Source of the DNA: an uncultured Gemmataceae bacterium
Lineage (GTDB): Bacteria > Planctomycetota > Planctomycetia > Gemmatales > Gemmataceae
Direction of reading: 5' to 3'
Length of the DNA: 64,000 nucleotides
NCBI GenBank assembly: GCA_963750165.1
Contig: CAVVPN010000003.1
Span: 2,624,001-2,688,000 of the forward strand
Within the stretch, counting starts at the first letter, position 1; every line of letters begins with the position of its first letter. Under the pieces are notes generated by a model that had not been told where the DNA came from, did not search any database, and saw only the letters and a list, made by a program, of their open reading frames with translations. Positions 22,559 through 33,405 of this stretch are shown one piece after another. The position numbers were made by a program, and so were the translations under genes.

Positions 22559-22775
22559 GGTTGCCTCCCGGCGCACCTCGACTGCACGAGCGCTCCTCGC
22601 TCAGCACAGCTCGTTCCGCAGAAAAACTTCGATACGCCGCGCGGTCCGCGAAGGACCATGCGAGGCCGCGCGGGTAGGGGAAAAGAGACGTGCAATTCTA
22701 AACGACGCGGCCGGCACCGCAAGCGAAATGGCGAGACGGCGGACGGAACCACGGCGCGGCACAGCGTCCCGACCG

Positions 22776-23684
22776 TCAGACGAGGAACGCGAGGAACACC
22801 GCGCGCTCGTCGAAGGGCTCGAAGCCGAGACGGGCGTACAGCTGGCGGGCCGGCAGGTTGCGTCGGTCCACGGCCAGGGTGGACATCAGTGCCCCGGCGG
22901 CACGGGCGGCGCGCAGGGCACGGCGAGTCAGTTCCTGGCCGTGACCGCGGCCCCGCGCCTCGGGGACGACGCCGAGGTACGAGACATCCAGACTCCGCCA
23001 TTCGGGAATCTCATTCAAGAGCAGCACGCCGGCCGGCCGGCCGTTTTCGCGCGCCAGCCACCAGCGCTGCGGGTCGTAACGGCCCTGCGCCTGGTGGCCG
23101 GCGATGACATCGTGAATGTCGCGGATGTGGTTCACCTCCGGGCAGTCCAGGGTGCCCTCGTAGGTGCGCAGCAGCGTCTCGTGAAACAGATCCGCGTCGC
23201 CGGCGTCATAGGCGTCATAGGTCAACCGCTCCGGCGGGTCGTCTGCCGCGGTCGGGTCGAGCGTGCGGCGCAGGTACTCCAGCACCGTGACGTGGCGGAA
23301 GCCGTGGCGCAGCAGCGGCGCGGCGTGGGGCACTTCCTCGGCCGCCAGCAGCGCCTGCGCAATCCGGGCACCGCGACCGCGGAGCAGGTCGAGCGCGGCG
23401 CCGGTCAGCGCGTCCTCCAGCGCCGGCATGTCGGCCACAGGCGGCCAGACGAGGCCGGTGGCGCCCCGCAGCGGCAGACACACGAGCACACCGCCCAGCC
23501 CTGCCGCTCCGCGCGCCACCAGGACGCCGGCCGGGTCGAGGTCGCCGCGCTCCAGCGCCCGCAGGGCGTTGCTGGCGCGGACGACGGCCTCCTCCGGCGA
23601 CTGGCGGCGGTACAACAGGCGCACAGCGTCGGCGAGTTCGTCGGGCCGGGCCGGTGCGACGATGATATTCGTGGTGTTCGTCAT
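22776..23684 (-). CDS. Tandem GNAT-family N-acetyltransferase
   Basis: YLGVVPEARGRGHG, LAVDRRNLPARQLYARLGF. Confidence 0.9.
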   Translation of the reverse strand: MTNTTNIIVAPARPDELADAVRLLYRRQSPEEAVVRASNALRALERGDLDPAGVLVARGAAGLGGVLVCLPLRGATGLVWPPVADMPALEDALTGAALDLLRGRGARIAQALLAAEEVPHAAPLLRHGFRHVTVLEYLRRTLDPTAADDPPERLTYDAYDAGDADLFHETLLRTYEGTLDCPEVNHIRDIHDVIAGHQAQGRYDPQRWWLARENGRPAGVLLLNEIPEWRSLDVSYLGVVPEARGRGHGQELTRRALRAARAAGALMSTLAVDRRNLPARQLYARLGFEPFDERAVFLAFLV

Positions 23685-23699
23685 GGTTGCTTGGTTTTG

Positions 23700-23760
23700 G
23701 TTCGTAGTACCGCCTTCAGGCGGTCTTCGCTCGAACCCGCCTGAAGGCGGTACTACGAAC
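23700..23760. repeat. GTAG-type REP doublet
   Basis: GTTCGTAGTACCGCCTTCAGGCGG / CCGCCTGAAGGCGGTACTACGAAC. Confidence 0.88.
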
Positions 23761-23771
23761 GAAGAGAGCGC

Positions 23772-24659
23772 TCATGTCTGACCGGGCCGCAGCGGCCGCT
23801 GGCCCCAGGGGATGGGCATGGTCGGCGGCGTGCGGTGGCGGTCGCGGCGCGGGTCGGGCTTGCGGTCCTTGAACCAGCTGACGAAGCGCACCAGTTGCTT
23901 GACGGCCTCCTCATACGCCTGCTTGCCCTTCTCGGCGGTGGCCAGTTGCGCCTCGCCGAGGACGCCCGTCTCGGAATACGAACTGGTCCACGAGATGAGC
24001 GTCGCGGGGCCGGCGGCGAACAGATCGACCCAGCAAAACGGGCTGTCCTCCTCATTGAAGCTGATGGTGCCGCTCTTGATTTGATCCTTGCGGACGTTGT
24101 CGCCGTCGAGGTAGAGGTACAGCGACGTTTCCAGTTCGCAGGCGTGGGCGCAGCCGCCAGGGAACTTGCTCTGCCGCCAGCGTGGCAGAAAAGTCTTGTC
24201 GATGGTGAGCAGGGTCCACCAGCAAGCGGGGATGCACTCGGCGTCGGTTTCGAGGTTGGTGCGGCGGGCGACGAGATCGAGGTTGGGCCAGTTGGAGCCG
24301 TGGCCATTGAGCAGAACGATCTTTTTGAAGCCGTGGTAGGCGAGCGATTTGGTGATGTCGAGCACATGGTGCATGAAGTGCTCGAAATCGTTGTTGATGG
24401 TGCCGGGGAAGTCCATGACGTGACCGGTGTAGCCATAGCAGACGGTGGGCAGCACCAGGAGCTTGTCGGGCACGGCCTTGCCGGCGCCGCGGGCGATCTC
24501 GGTGGGGCAGATGAGGTCCACGTCGAGCGGCAGGTGCGGCCCGTGCTGCTCGACGGCGCCGCAGGGCAGCAGGCAAACCTTGCCGAGCGCGACGGCGTCG
24601 TTGATCTCGGGCCAGGTGAGTTTTTCGTAACGGTATTCGGTGGCGGCTCGGCTCGGCAT
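23772..24659 (-). CDS. Creatininase/creatinine amidohydrolase-family protein
   Basis: GAVEQHGPHLPLDVD, H..DFPGT, NGHGSN, HACELETS, G.LG.A..ATAEKG. Confidence 0.92.
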   Translation of the reverse strand: MPSRAATEYRYEKLTWPEINDAVALGKVCLLPCGAVEQHGPHLPLDVDLICPTEIARGAGKAVPDKLLVLPTVCYGYTGHVMDFPGTINNDFEHFMHHVLDITKSLAYHGFKKIVLLNGHGSNWPNLDLVARRTNLETDAECIPACWWTLLTIDKTFLPRWRQSKFPGGCAHACELETSLYLYLDGDNVRKDQIKSGTISFNEEDSPFCWVDLFAAGPATLISWTSSYSETGVLGEAQLATAEKGKQAYEEAVKQLVRFVSWFKDRKPDPRRDRHRTPPTMPIPWGQRPLRPGQT

Positions 24660-24793
24660 GTGCGGCTCCCGGAACGTGAGTGAGGGTTGCGGGTCGTTGT
24701 ATCCGCGGCGGGCCGCGGCGGTGAGGGGTGGTGTTGCCCGAGCAGCGGGCGGCGGCTATGCTGCGGCGAACCAGGCCGGGGCACGGAGGCGCT

Positions 24794-25727
24794 ATGGCAC
24801 AGCAGACGTTCGACCCGAGCAGCAAGTGGATGCTGGAGGTGTACGGGGCCAGCATCCTGTACCTGGCGGGCGCCCGCGGCGTGCTGTCGTGCAAGGCGCG
24901 GAAGGCTGAGGTGGTGCAGCCGCGGCAGCTGCCCGACGGCCTGCTGGAGGCACGCTTCGCCGACAGCAAGGAGCCGCGGCTGGTGCTGGTGGAGGTGGCC
25001 ACGTACCCCGAGCCGCGCGTCGTGCAGCAGGTGTGCGACGACATCCGCCTGGTACGGCAGGCGCGCGGGGTGCTGCCCGAGGCGGTGGTGCTGTGCCTGT
25101 GCCCGCGCGGCCAGTACCGCGTGCCCGAGCAGGCGCAGGCACGGAGCGCGCTGGGCTGGACAACGGAGACGCTATCGTGGAAGGTGGTGGAGTTGTGGAC
25201 GCTGTCGGCGGAGGAACTGTTAGCGGCGCCGAACGTGGGCGTGGTGCCGTGGGCGACCCTGGCGCGGTACGACGGGCCGCCGGAGGTGCTGTTGCAGCGC
25301 TGCCGCGACCGCATTGACCGCGAGGGCGGCAGGCAAACCGACAACCTGCTGGCGGTTAGCCAGGTGTTCGCCAAACTGCACTTCGACCGGCCGGGATGGT
25401 TGGAGATTATAGGAGGAAAGAAGATGTTCAGCGATTTGCCTCCGATTAAGGAGCTTACCGCCGAGTCCGCCCGGGCAACGCACGTGAAGAATATCCTCCG
25501 TGTCCTGAGTAAGCGGTTCGGCGCGGCGCCCCCCGCCGTCGCGGCCGGGCTCGCACAGGTGAAGGAGGAGGATCAGTTCGAGCGCCTGCTGGACCTGGCG
25601 GTAACTTGCGCGAGCCTGCCGCACTTTGAGGATGCGCCTGCGCCGGGAATTGCCCGCACCACCGCCGGCCTCAACGCGCGGCAAACGCCGCTCGCGCAAG
25701 GCACCGCCGGAGGAGGGAAAGCCCTGA
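24794..25727 (+). CDS. Rpn/YhgA-like (PD-(D/E)XK, DUF4351-type tail) hypothetical protein; late frameshift
   Basis: GGAGG RBS; FDPSSKW, LPDGLL...LVEVAT, ILRVLSKRFG..P; alternative frame stops at 25727. Confidence 0.65.
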
Positions 25728-25838
25728 CGGGACTCGGTGGTGGCTCGGCATGGGGGATTCCCGGGTGTATGGACGGCTGGTGGGTAAGGGTTTGCGGGTC
25801 GTTGTATCCGCCCGGGGCTGCGGTGGTGAGGGGACTGC

Positions 25839-26747
25839 TCACCCGAGTTTCCGAATCGCTTTCAGGGCATCCTGCGCACGAACGTAATCCATGCGGCTGG
25901 TGTCGCCGAGGTACTTGAAGAACCGTTTCACCCCCGTCAAGAATTCCTTGCGCCGCGTCGCTGGTTCCGAAGGCAACCCGGCCAGGTAACGCTTCACGTC
26001 CTCCGAGCCAATCTCACGCAGCGACCGCGGCTTCGCCAGGGTGAGCAGGTACGTGTCCCCGAACGCGGCCAGGTTCGCCAGGTCGCGTTCCACCACCCTG
26101 GGGCTGAGGCCGGCGGCGAACAGGTGAGCGCGGAAGGCGGCCAGCACTTTGCTATTGGTTTCCGCCACGTTGGCCGCCGCGTCCTCGGGGCTGATCGGTT
26201 TCAGCGAGGTGAGCACGGCGCCGCGTTCCTTGGCGTCGCGGTACGTCTCCTCCAGGTCCTTCCGGTATCCCGGCCCCACCATGACGTTGTAAGGGACGAT
26301 CAGGCTGTCGTAGATGATGTGGTCTTCAAACGGGAGCAGCACGGCATCGGCGATGCAGGGGACGAAAGGAGTCACCTCCTCCAGGGAACTGGCCAACCCC
26401 AGCACCCCGTACACGGCCGAGGGGTCGCCGCCGATGAGAATCGAGTAACGCTTCAGGTGTCGCAGGACGAAGAATTTCCCCTCGCGCCGGTCCTTCCAGC
26501 TCGCCGCCAGGGCCAGGTCGGCGTCGGACAACTTTGCGGGGTTCTCGGCGACGAAGGCGTCCAGCAGCGAGTCGTCGGCCCAGAGGGCGTCGCGGATGAT
26601 CTTCACCTTGGGGACTGACCAGGGGCCGTCCAGGCCAAAGTCGGGCGGCAGCATCTCCGGCACCAGCTTGAGCCGCCGGTTCACGAATAGCATCAGCGGC
26701 TTCCAGATGGCGTAGAAGCGCTCCACCTGATCGGCTGAAAGTTGCAC
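25839..26747 (-). CDS. Conserved hypothetical protein with an integrase SAM-like C-terminal region
   Basis: RDALW...LLDAFVAENP..L, VYGVLGL, LLPFEDHIIYD; tail AFRAHL...GLS.RVVER...VKRFFKYL. Confidence 0.7.
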   Translation of the reverse strand: MQLSADQVERFYAIWKPLMLFVNRRLKLVPEMLPPDFGLDGPWSVPKVKIIRDALWADDSLLDAFVAENPAKLSDADLALAASWKDRREGKFFVLRHLKRYSILIGGDPSAVYGVLGLASSLEEVTPFVPCIADAVLLPFEDHIIYDSLIVPYNVMVGPGYRKDLEETYRDAKERGAVLTSLKPISPEDAAANVAETNSKVLAAFRAHLFAAGLSPRVVERDLANLAAFGDTYLLTLAKPRSLREIGSEDVKRYLAGLPSEPATRRKEFLTGVKRFFKYLGDTSRMDYVRAQDALKAIRKLG

Positions 26748-26796
26748 GGCAATCCCTTCCTCCCTTTGCCACCTGAACGGGCGGAGGTGGTGAACT

Positions 26797-28044
26797 TTAA
26801 TTCCTCAATCGATACTGGAGCCAGTCTGCCAGCAGAGTTCCGGCCCAGACCACCGGGATGGACAGCAGAAACAGGAACTGGTAATCGCGGTGCCAGTCGA
26901 AGTCCGTCAACCCGTCAAGGATCGATCGCTCTGGATCGAGGGCGCGCCGGACCAGGGCCGTCGCACCTTGGAGCGTGGCGGCCAGCCCCAGGGCGACCGA
27001 AAACTTCAGGTACTTGAAGTGCGGCGGCTTGAGCGCCAGGTGGATTTCGCCGGTGAGCAGCCCCGTCCGGGTCTCCACGCGGTACACCAGCCGGTCCGGT
27101 TTGCTGACCAGTTCACTGTAGATCACATCAATGTCAAACGTCCAGCCGTTTTCCTCCGCCTCAAACTCTGCCTTGCGGACGTAAATCAGTCCTGGAATGT
27201 CCTGGAGTTTGATGTCCTTCACCTCAGCAGCGTTCTGCGGCCGGATCACCACCTGGTAACTGCCGCCGCCGACCAGCGGGTACGCCGAGCGCACCAGGCC
27301 GACGGGAGGACCGCCGCGGCCACCGGCGCGAAGGACGATCTGGTCGGAGGACAACCGGCTCGGCTCCAGAAAGCGGAACAGTTGGCCGACCTTGGCCGTC
27401 ACGGGTTTGACGGCGACGCTTCGTTCGGAACGCACGTCCGCACCGTCCACCACCGCCGACATGAGAATCTTCAGGTCCCCTGTGGCGGCGACGATCGCCG
27501 TCTCCACGTCTCCCGGTCCGAACGCCAGCCGGACAATGGGCCACTTGCCGGAGCGCACCGCCGCCTCCGGGCCGATGTGAATGCGCAGGTTCCTGTACGC
27601 CGTCTGTCCCTCGTGGTGGAAGGTCAACAGAACCTTGGTGGTGTCACCGTAGGAACAAATGGGCTCGTCGGAGACAACCACGTCCCGCCCCAGGGCCGGC
27701 CGGACCTGTACGAGGCGGGACGGCAAGGGCACAAGATCATCCACCTCGGCCAGTTCCAGGCAAATCGTTGCCAGTTCCAGTTCGCGCACACTGGCCACCT
27801 TGAGCAGCATCGTGAAACGGTAGGATTCGCCCGGCCGGACTTCCACGTCACGCTGAAGAAAATCGCTATCGATCTGCACGTCCTTGTCGGCGCAGTCCAC
27901 GTTGCGTACGCGGACGGGGGTCTTTTGATCCAGCGGCCGGCGGAGGCGAATCGTGAGCGGGAACCAGGTGCCGACGAACGCCGTCCCCCCGTCTATTTCA
28001 AGGTCGATAAGCACGGGCGGACGGGGAGGAGTTAAGGCGACCAT
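26797..28044 (-). CDS. Hypothetical beta-rich (Ig-like) protein with C-terminal TM hairpin
   Basis: Alternating hydrophobic beta pattern; no signal peptide; two hydrophobic segments near the C-terminus. Confidence 0.7.
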   Translation of the reverse strand: MVALTPPRPPVLIDLEIDGGTAFVGTWFPLTIRLRRPLDQKTPVRVRNVDCADKDVQIDSDFLQRDVEVRPGESYRFTMLLKVASVRELELATICLELAEVDDLVPLPSRLVQVRPALGRDVVVSDEPICSYGDTTKVLLTFHHEGQTAYRNLRIHIGPEAAVRSGKWPIVRLAFGPGDVETAIVAATGDLKILMSAVVDGADVRSERSVAVKPVTAKVGQLFRFLEPSRLSSDQIVLRAGGRGGPPVGLVRSAYPLVGGGSYQVVIRPQNAAEVKDIKLQDIPGLIYVRKAEFEAEENGWTFDIDVIYSELVSKPDRLVYRVETRTGLLTGEIHLALKPPHFKYLKFSVALGLAATLQGATALVRRALDPERSILDGLTDFDWHRDYQFLFLLSIPVVWAGTLLADWLQYRLRN

Positions 28045-28064
28045 GACGGGATCCCGGAAGGATG

Positions 28065-30070
28065 TCAGGATTTCGGTTCCACAATGGCTTCTGTCGCTTC
28101 AACCAGTTCCGGAGCGCCATCCAACTTGGCGATGGCCTGCCGGACCTGGTCCAGCAACTCCCCAAGGTAAGTAGCCTTGATTTTACTCAGCAGGTAGGCT
28201 TCACCCGTGACCCAATCGTCCGGGGAGTAGTCATCGCGGTTTTTCCACACCTCGACGGCGGCTTTCAAGTTCGTCTCATCTGCCGGGATCAATACCCGGT
28301 CGAAGATTTGGCCCGGCTTCTGTTGTGCGTACTGCGGGTCAATCGGCCTGGCCCGAACTGGCCAGAGTTGGTATCGAGCAGCCTGTAAGTTGGCAAGCAA
28401 TCTGATGCACTCAGGCATCTTGTCGTTGTAGGTGAACGGCAGGCGCACCAGAAAGATGCGGAACCAGCGGCCAGAATTGTTTTTGGAACAGAACTGAACG
28501 CGGAGGACAGGACAGGCGTTGGTGTCCGTTTGTCTGTCTTCCCAGGTAACCAGGTCGATCCCCATCGAATCGGCCAGAGAATGTCCGGCAAGTTGCAACA
28601 GCTGTTTTACCGTTTCCAGGTGATCCTTGATGTACTGGTGCTCGGGGATGGTTTCTTCATCCTTCCGAAACTCTTTCTGGTAAGTCTGAAAATCGATTTG
28701 TGGACCGATCACCACCTCGGTGATTACCTTGCGAAACTCGATGTCAAAATTCCGCAGTGTGTCGCGGAGTGTGGCCTTTTGCGCGAGTTCGAGCACCCGC
28801 TTCTGATCGAGGGGCATGTAGCGGTTGCCAATCAGATCCAATTTCGGCACCACTTCTTCGCGGTCTTCTCCAAGCCAGCGGTTAATGCGCTGGTAGTACA
28901 AAGCCAGCACCTCCGACGATTCGATGTCGGTCAGAATGAAATTCGGATCCTGGCGGATGCGGTCACGGAACTGGCCCTCCATAGTGGCGATGTACTTGTC
29001 ACGCAATCCTATCGTCATGGTGAACAGAATGAACACGTTGGGCAGGGCGTTGTAGAGTTCGCTCAACTGGGCGAAAAACTTGCGCCACTCATCCGGCGTT
29101 TCAAAGAGGGCTTCGCGGGCCTCCGACTGGTCAAAGGCAAAGAAGAAAACCAACGGACGGGCCGGAGCGCCGTTTACTGATTTGAGCTTGGCAGACACGT
29201 CCGGGGTGAACAGGCTGACAAGGATTTTGATGACGTCAAAGATCTTGAAGTTGTGGTCGATCTCGTCCTGCATGCCCAGTTTGCGCAGGAAATAATCATG
29301 CACGGGCTTGCGCCGCAACCAGTGCAGCACCTTTTCGCGGTCTTCCACGAACAGGTAGCGCAACAGCACGTGCATGACGTGCCGGTGGAAACAATTGTTG
29401 CTCTCCAGCAGAAAACGCTTGCATACGTAGCCGGCGAATTTCCCAAACTCCAGGCTGCGAAAGATGCTGATGTCCCGCTTCTCGATGGCCTCCAGGAACT
29501 GGCCGTGTTCCGCGCCGGTTAACTTGGCCCGGAGCCGACTGAAGAACCCCTTCATGGACCGGCGCTTGTAGTGTTCGATTTCGCCCGGCCGGTCAACGAT
29601 CTGCCGCAGGGCCTGGAATGCAATGTCCTTGATCCGTTCGAGAAGCCGGTGCGGTTCATCGGGAGACGGGTACACCAGGGCATCCAGGATCCACTGGAGC
29701 AAACACGCCTCGAACTCGGGCGGTTTCCAGTGGTTGGAGTTGCACACCAACTCGTACCGGAGGTCCTCCGCCCGTTGCCGCGACCGGAAGCAGTTAATCA
29801 GGTGGGTTTTCCCCATCCCCGGGCTGCCCGTCAGGATGACCAGTTGCGACACCTGGCCGTGGTGGATCTCCTTGAGGATGGCTTCAATGCGCTCGCGCAC
29901 CTTGCTGTGAATGGCCGGAACGTCAAGGTCCACGACGTTGGTGTGGTAGCGGGTGATCCCGTCCGCACTGAACGGCGAGTAGTTGAATTCGGGGTTGCGC
30001 CGAAGCGCAACTTGTAGGACCGCAACACTTCCAGCCGGAGCGATTCAATGTTGAGCGAGGGTGTGCTCAT
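28065..30070 (-). CDS. P-loop ATPase (frameshift near 29990)
   Basis: Walker A GSPGMGKT, Walker B-like FFFAFDQSE; ATG 30070 overlaps upstream stop (ATGA). Confidence 0.82.
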
Positions 30071-31023
30071 GGGCGTTTCCAGAGAACGTGGTAGTAAAGC
30101 TTGCCATTGTGCTCGATGCCCAGGTCGGGTTCGGTGGCCTGCTCGCGTTCGTTGAGCACGTGCAAATCCAGGTCGCGCCGGTCCCATAAATCAAGCAATT
30201 GCCGGTGAAACGTGGCAACCGACAACTCGGGCAGCGACTTGACCGCCTCGTGGTAGAGGCGGTTCAAGGGGATCAGTCCATCCTGGTAATCGACGAACCG
30301 GCACAGTTTTTCGTAAGCCTCGTGGAGCACCGGGACCAACGATTTCGGCTCTGTTGGCGGCGTGAGAGCCGGGGCCTCGGCCGGGGTTGGCGTTTGATGG
30401 GCCGTGCGGACCGGCAACGCCTGCAACCGCTGCTCGACCCTGGTCAGCATCGTGGCAAACGCCTGGTCGAGTTTGTCGGCCGTCGCCCCGTTATCACCGC
30501 CCCGCGTCAATTTCTCCAGCTTTTCAAATTGCTGGGCCAGGTCCGTCATTTTTTTCGTAAGGTCGGCTACGGCCTTCTCGACCTGTTTGGGCAGGTCGTC
30601 TACCTTCTTGGCTAGGGCGGCCACTTCTTTTTCCACTTTCTTCTCATCCGGCTCTTTTTTCTTACCCTTGAGGGCGGCTTCCACCTGGCTGCGTAGTTCC
30701 TGACGGTCCGCCTCCAGGTCAAGTTTCAGCGATTGCAACTGGCCGTTACTGGTGGCGGCCAAGGCTTCCGGGGAGGCCGCCTGGTTGAGCCAGGCCACGC
30801 CCTTGTCGGTGAACCCGACCGCATCGACCTGTTTGCTGGTGGTTTTGCCCGCCTTGTTAGTGGTCGTCACCTTGGTCTTGCCGGCAGCCAGGAGTCCCTC
30901 ATCTGCCGCCTGCTTCAACGGTTTCTTGAAGGGTTTGAGCAGGGTGGCCTTGGCGTCCACCGCCTGCCCGCCGAGTAGGCGAACGGCCAACAGGGCGAGC
31001 AGCATTTCCGGGTCCGCGGTCAT
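30067..31023 (-). CDS. Coiled-coil protein with putative winged-helix termini
   Basis: EGLL...FTDKG N-terminus; Lys/Glu heptads; C-terminus LIPLNRLY...LSVATFHRQLLDL...GIEHNGKLYY. Confidence 0.75.
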   Translation of the reverse strand: MTADPEMLLALLAVRLLGGQAVDAKATLLKPFKKPLKQAADEGLLAAGKTKVTTTNKAGKTTSKQVDAVGFTDKGVAWLNQAASPEALAATSNGQLQSLKLDLEADRQELRSQVEAALKGKKKEPDEKKVEKEVAALAKKVDDLPKQVEKAVADLTKKMTDLAQQFEKLEKLTRGGDNGATADKLDQAFATMLTRVEQRLQALPVRTAHQTPTPAEAPALTPPTEPKSLVPVLHEAYEKLCRFVDYQDGLIPLNRLYHEAVKSLPELSVATFHRQLLDLWDRRDLDLHVLNEREQATEPDLGIEHNGKLYYHVLWKRP

Positions 31024-31154
31024 CACAGCCTCCTATCTTGAGCGAAGCAACGCCGCGCATTGACAACCGCCTCGGCTCGGGGTGGCGAGTCATACGCCAA
31101 GGGGATGATATACCGTGACTGAGCCGGCATCCAGAAAAATCGCCAGCCCGCCGT

Positions 31155-32613
31155 TTACGCCAGAACCTCCCGGATCGGCCGCCCGTAATCGACCTCCAGC
31201 CGCCGCCGGCCCGGCACCTCCAGCCGCCGCGGGTCCAGCCCCAGCTGGTGCAGCACCGTCGCGTGGAGGTCCGTCACGTAATGCCGATCCTCGACCGCGT
31301 GGAAACCGATCTCGTCCGTCGCCCCGTGGACGACGCCGCCCTTGATGCCGCCGCCGGCCAGCCACGCGCAAAAGCCCTGCGGGTGGTGGTCGCGGCCGTC
31401 GCCCTGCGCCCCGGCGAGCGGCCGAACTCCGTCCCCCAGACCACCAGCGTCTCTTCCAGCAGGCCGCGCCGCTTCAGGTCGCGCACCAGGCCCGCGATCG
31501 GGGAGTCCACCTGCGCCGACAGGTTGCCGTGGTTGCCGCGGATGCCGCTGTGCGCGTCCCACGCCCCGCCGCCGCCGCCGCCGTGGAACAGCTGCACGAA
31601 ACGCACGCCGCGCTCCACCAGCCGCCGCGCCGCCAGGCACAGCGTCCCGAACGGTCGCGTCGCCGGCCGGTCCAGGCCGTACAGCGCCTGCGTCGCCGCG
31701 CCCTCGCGCTCCAGCTGCAGCGTCTCCGGCACGGCGGTCTGCATGCCGGCGGCCAACTCGTAGGAGCGGATGCGCGCCGCAGCGCCGCGTCGTCGGGGTA
31801 CTCGACCGCGGCCAGCCGGTTCAGCCGGCCGAGCAGTTCCAGCTCCGCCCGCTGCTCCTGGGCCGTGGCGCCGCCGGCCGGCGCCACGAACGACAGCGGC
31901 TCGCGGCCGCCGACGTTGAGGCGGACGCCCGCGTGCTCGGCGCCGAGGTAGGCGGCGCCGTGCGTCCACGAACCGCCGCAGCAGTCGCCGGTCGGCGTGC
32001 CGAGCACGACGTACTCCGGCAGGTCCTGGTTGAGCGTGCCCAGGCCGTAGCTGACCCACGAGCCGATGGTCGGGAAGGCGCCCTCGCGGATGTGGCGGCC
32101 GGTGTGCCAGGTCAGCTGGGCGCCGTGGTCGTTGTGGTTGGTCCACAGCGAGCGCACGACGGCGATGTCGTCGGCCAGGGCGCCGCAGTGCCGCCACCAG
32201 TCGGCGACGGCGAGGCCGCTCTGGCCGTGGCGGCGGTGGCCGGTGTTCAGCCCCATGAGGACGCGGCGGCCGCCGTGCGCCGGGTTGCCGCCGATCACGT
32301 CGCGCAACCGCTCCGGGTTGAGCGCGGCGCGATAGGGCGTCTCGTCGATGGTGCGGCCGTGGTAGCGGTTCAGTTCCGGCTTGGGGTCGAAGCTCTCGAC
32401 GTGGCTGACGCCGCCGCACAGGAAAATCCAGATGACGCTGCGGGCCTTCGGTGGGAAGTGCGGCCGGCCGTCGGGCGGCGGGTTGTCGGCGCGGGCGACG
32501 CCGTCGCGGAACAGCAGGGCGCTCAGGGCCAGGCCGGTGAAGCCCATGCCGGTGTCGGCCAGGAAGGTGCGGCGGGACATCCCCGGGCAGCGCGGCGGTC
32601 GGTGCGTGGACAT
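31155..32613 (-). CDS. DUF1501 domain protein (about 2 frameshifts)
   Basis: Tat-like [46 protein letters not shown]. Confidence 0.9.
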
Positions 32614-32653
32614 CGGAAAGCCCCTTGGGAAGCTGGTCCAGTAATTGTCAGCG

Positions 32654-32784
32654 CTACTTCTACTGTGCGAGGTGGAGTGGGATGAGGCGTAGGACGGCTC
32701 TCCAGAGCCGTCTGTGTCGAAGAAGACGGCTCTGGAGAGCCGTCCTACGCCTCGCTTTCCCCGCATCCCGCACAGTAGAACTAC
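32654..32784. repeat. REP doublet (same family as the 16441 array) nested in inverted linker arms
   Basis: GTAGGACGGCTCTCCAGAGCCGTC doublet at 32689-32748, flanked by TTCTACTGTGCG / CGCACAGTAGAA. Confidence 0.88.
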
Positions 32785-33388
32785 TCAGGTTGTTTGGCCA
32801 GAATCTCGGTAAGTTTTTGAATCTTGATCGGGAGCGGGCGTTGCCATAGCCAGTCCGCGAGCAGCCAAAAACCGGGAAGCACCTCGCTCTGGTAAATCCC
32901 CTTTTTCGGCCGCACCTCTCGGTAGGTCCCCCGCACGGACAGGCGCAGCAACATGACCTTTTCCACCACCTCATCCACGATCCAGTATTCGCGGATTCCC
33001 GCCTTCTGGTACTGAGCCCGTTTGTTCTCGTAATCCCGCCCCATGCTTTCCGGCGAGACAATTTCGACGGCGAGATCAGGGGCGCTGCCACGTAACCACA
33101 CTTCACCGACTTCAGCTTGTTTTTACTGACGAAGGCAATATCGGGTTCCGGGGCATTGTTATCGTTCAGCCGGAACGCCACCCGCGACCCATAGACCTTA
33201 CCCAAATTCTTGGCCTGAACGTAATCGTAAATCAACCCCCCCAACCAAAAGAACAGGTCGTTGGCGTCCGTATTCTCGGGCGATGCCATGTAGATTGCCC
33301 CCTCAATCAAATCTCCCTTCTGCCCGTCCTTCACAACCACGCAAAACTCATCGAACGAATAGCCCTTCCTGGCCGTTTGCCGGGACAT
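32781..33388 (-). CDS. Uma2-family endonuclease (frameshift near 33085)
   Basis: DLIEG.IYMASP, APEPDIAFV, APDLAVEIVSPES..RDY..KRAQY..AGIREYWIVD. Confidence 0.85.
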
Positions 33389-33405
33389 AACTCCCCCTCC
33401 CGAAA

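Noticed and set aside
25839..26150. Integrase gene
   Set aside because: Only a SAM-like N-terminal-type region is suggested; no catalytic R-H-R-Y tyrosine recombinase domain.
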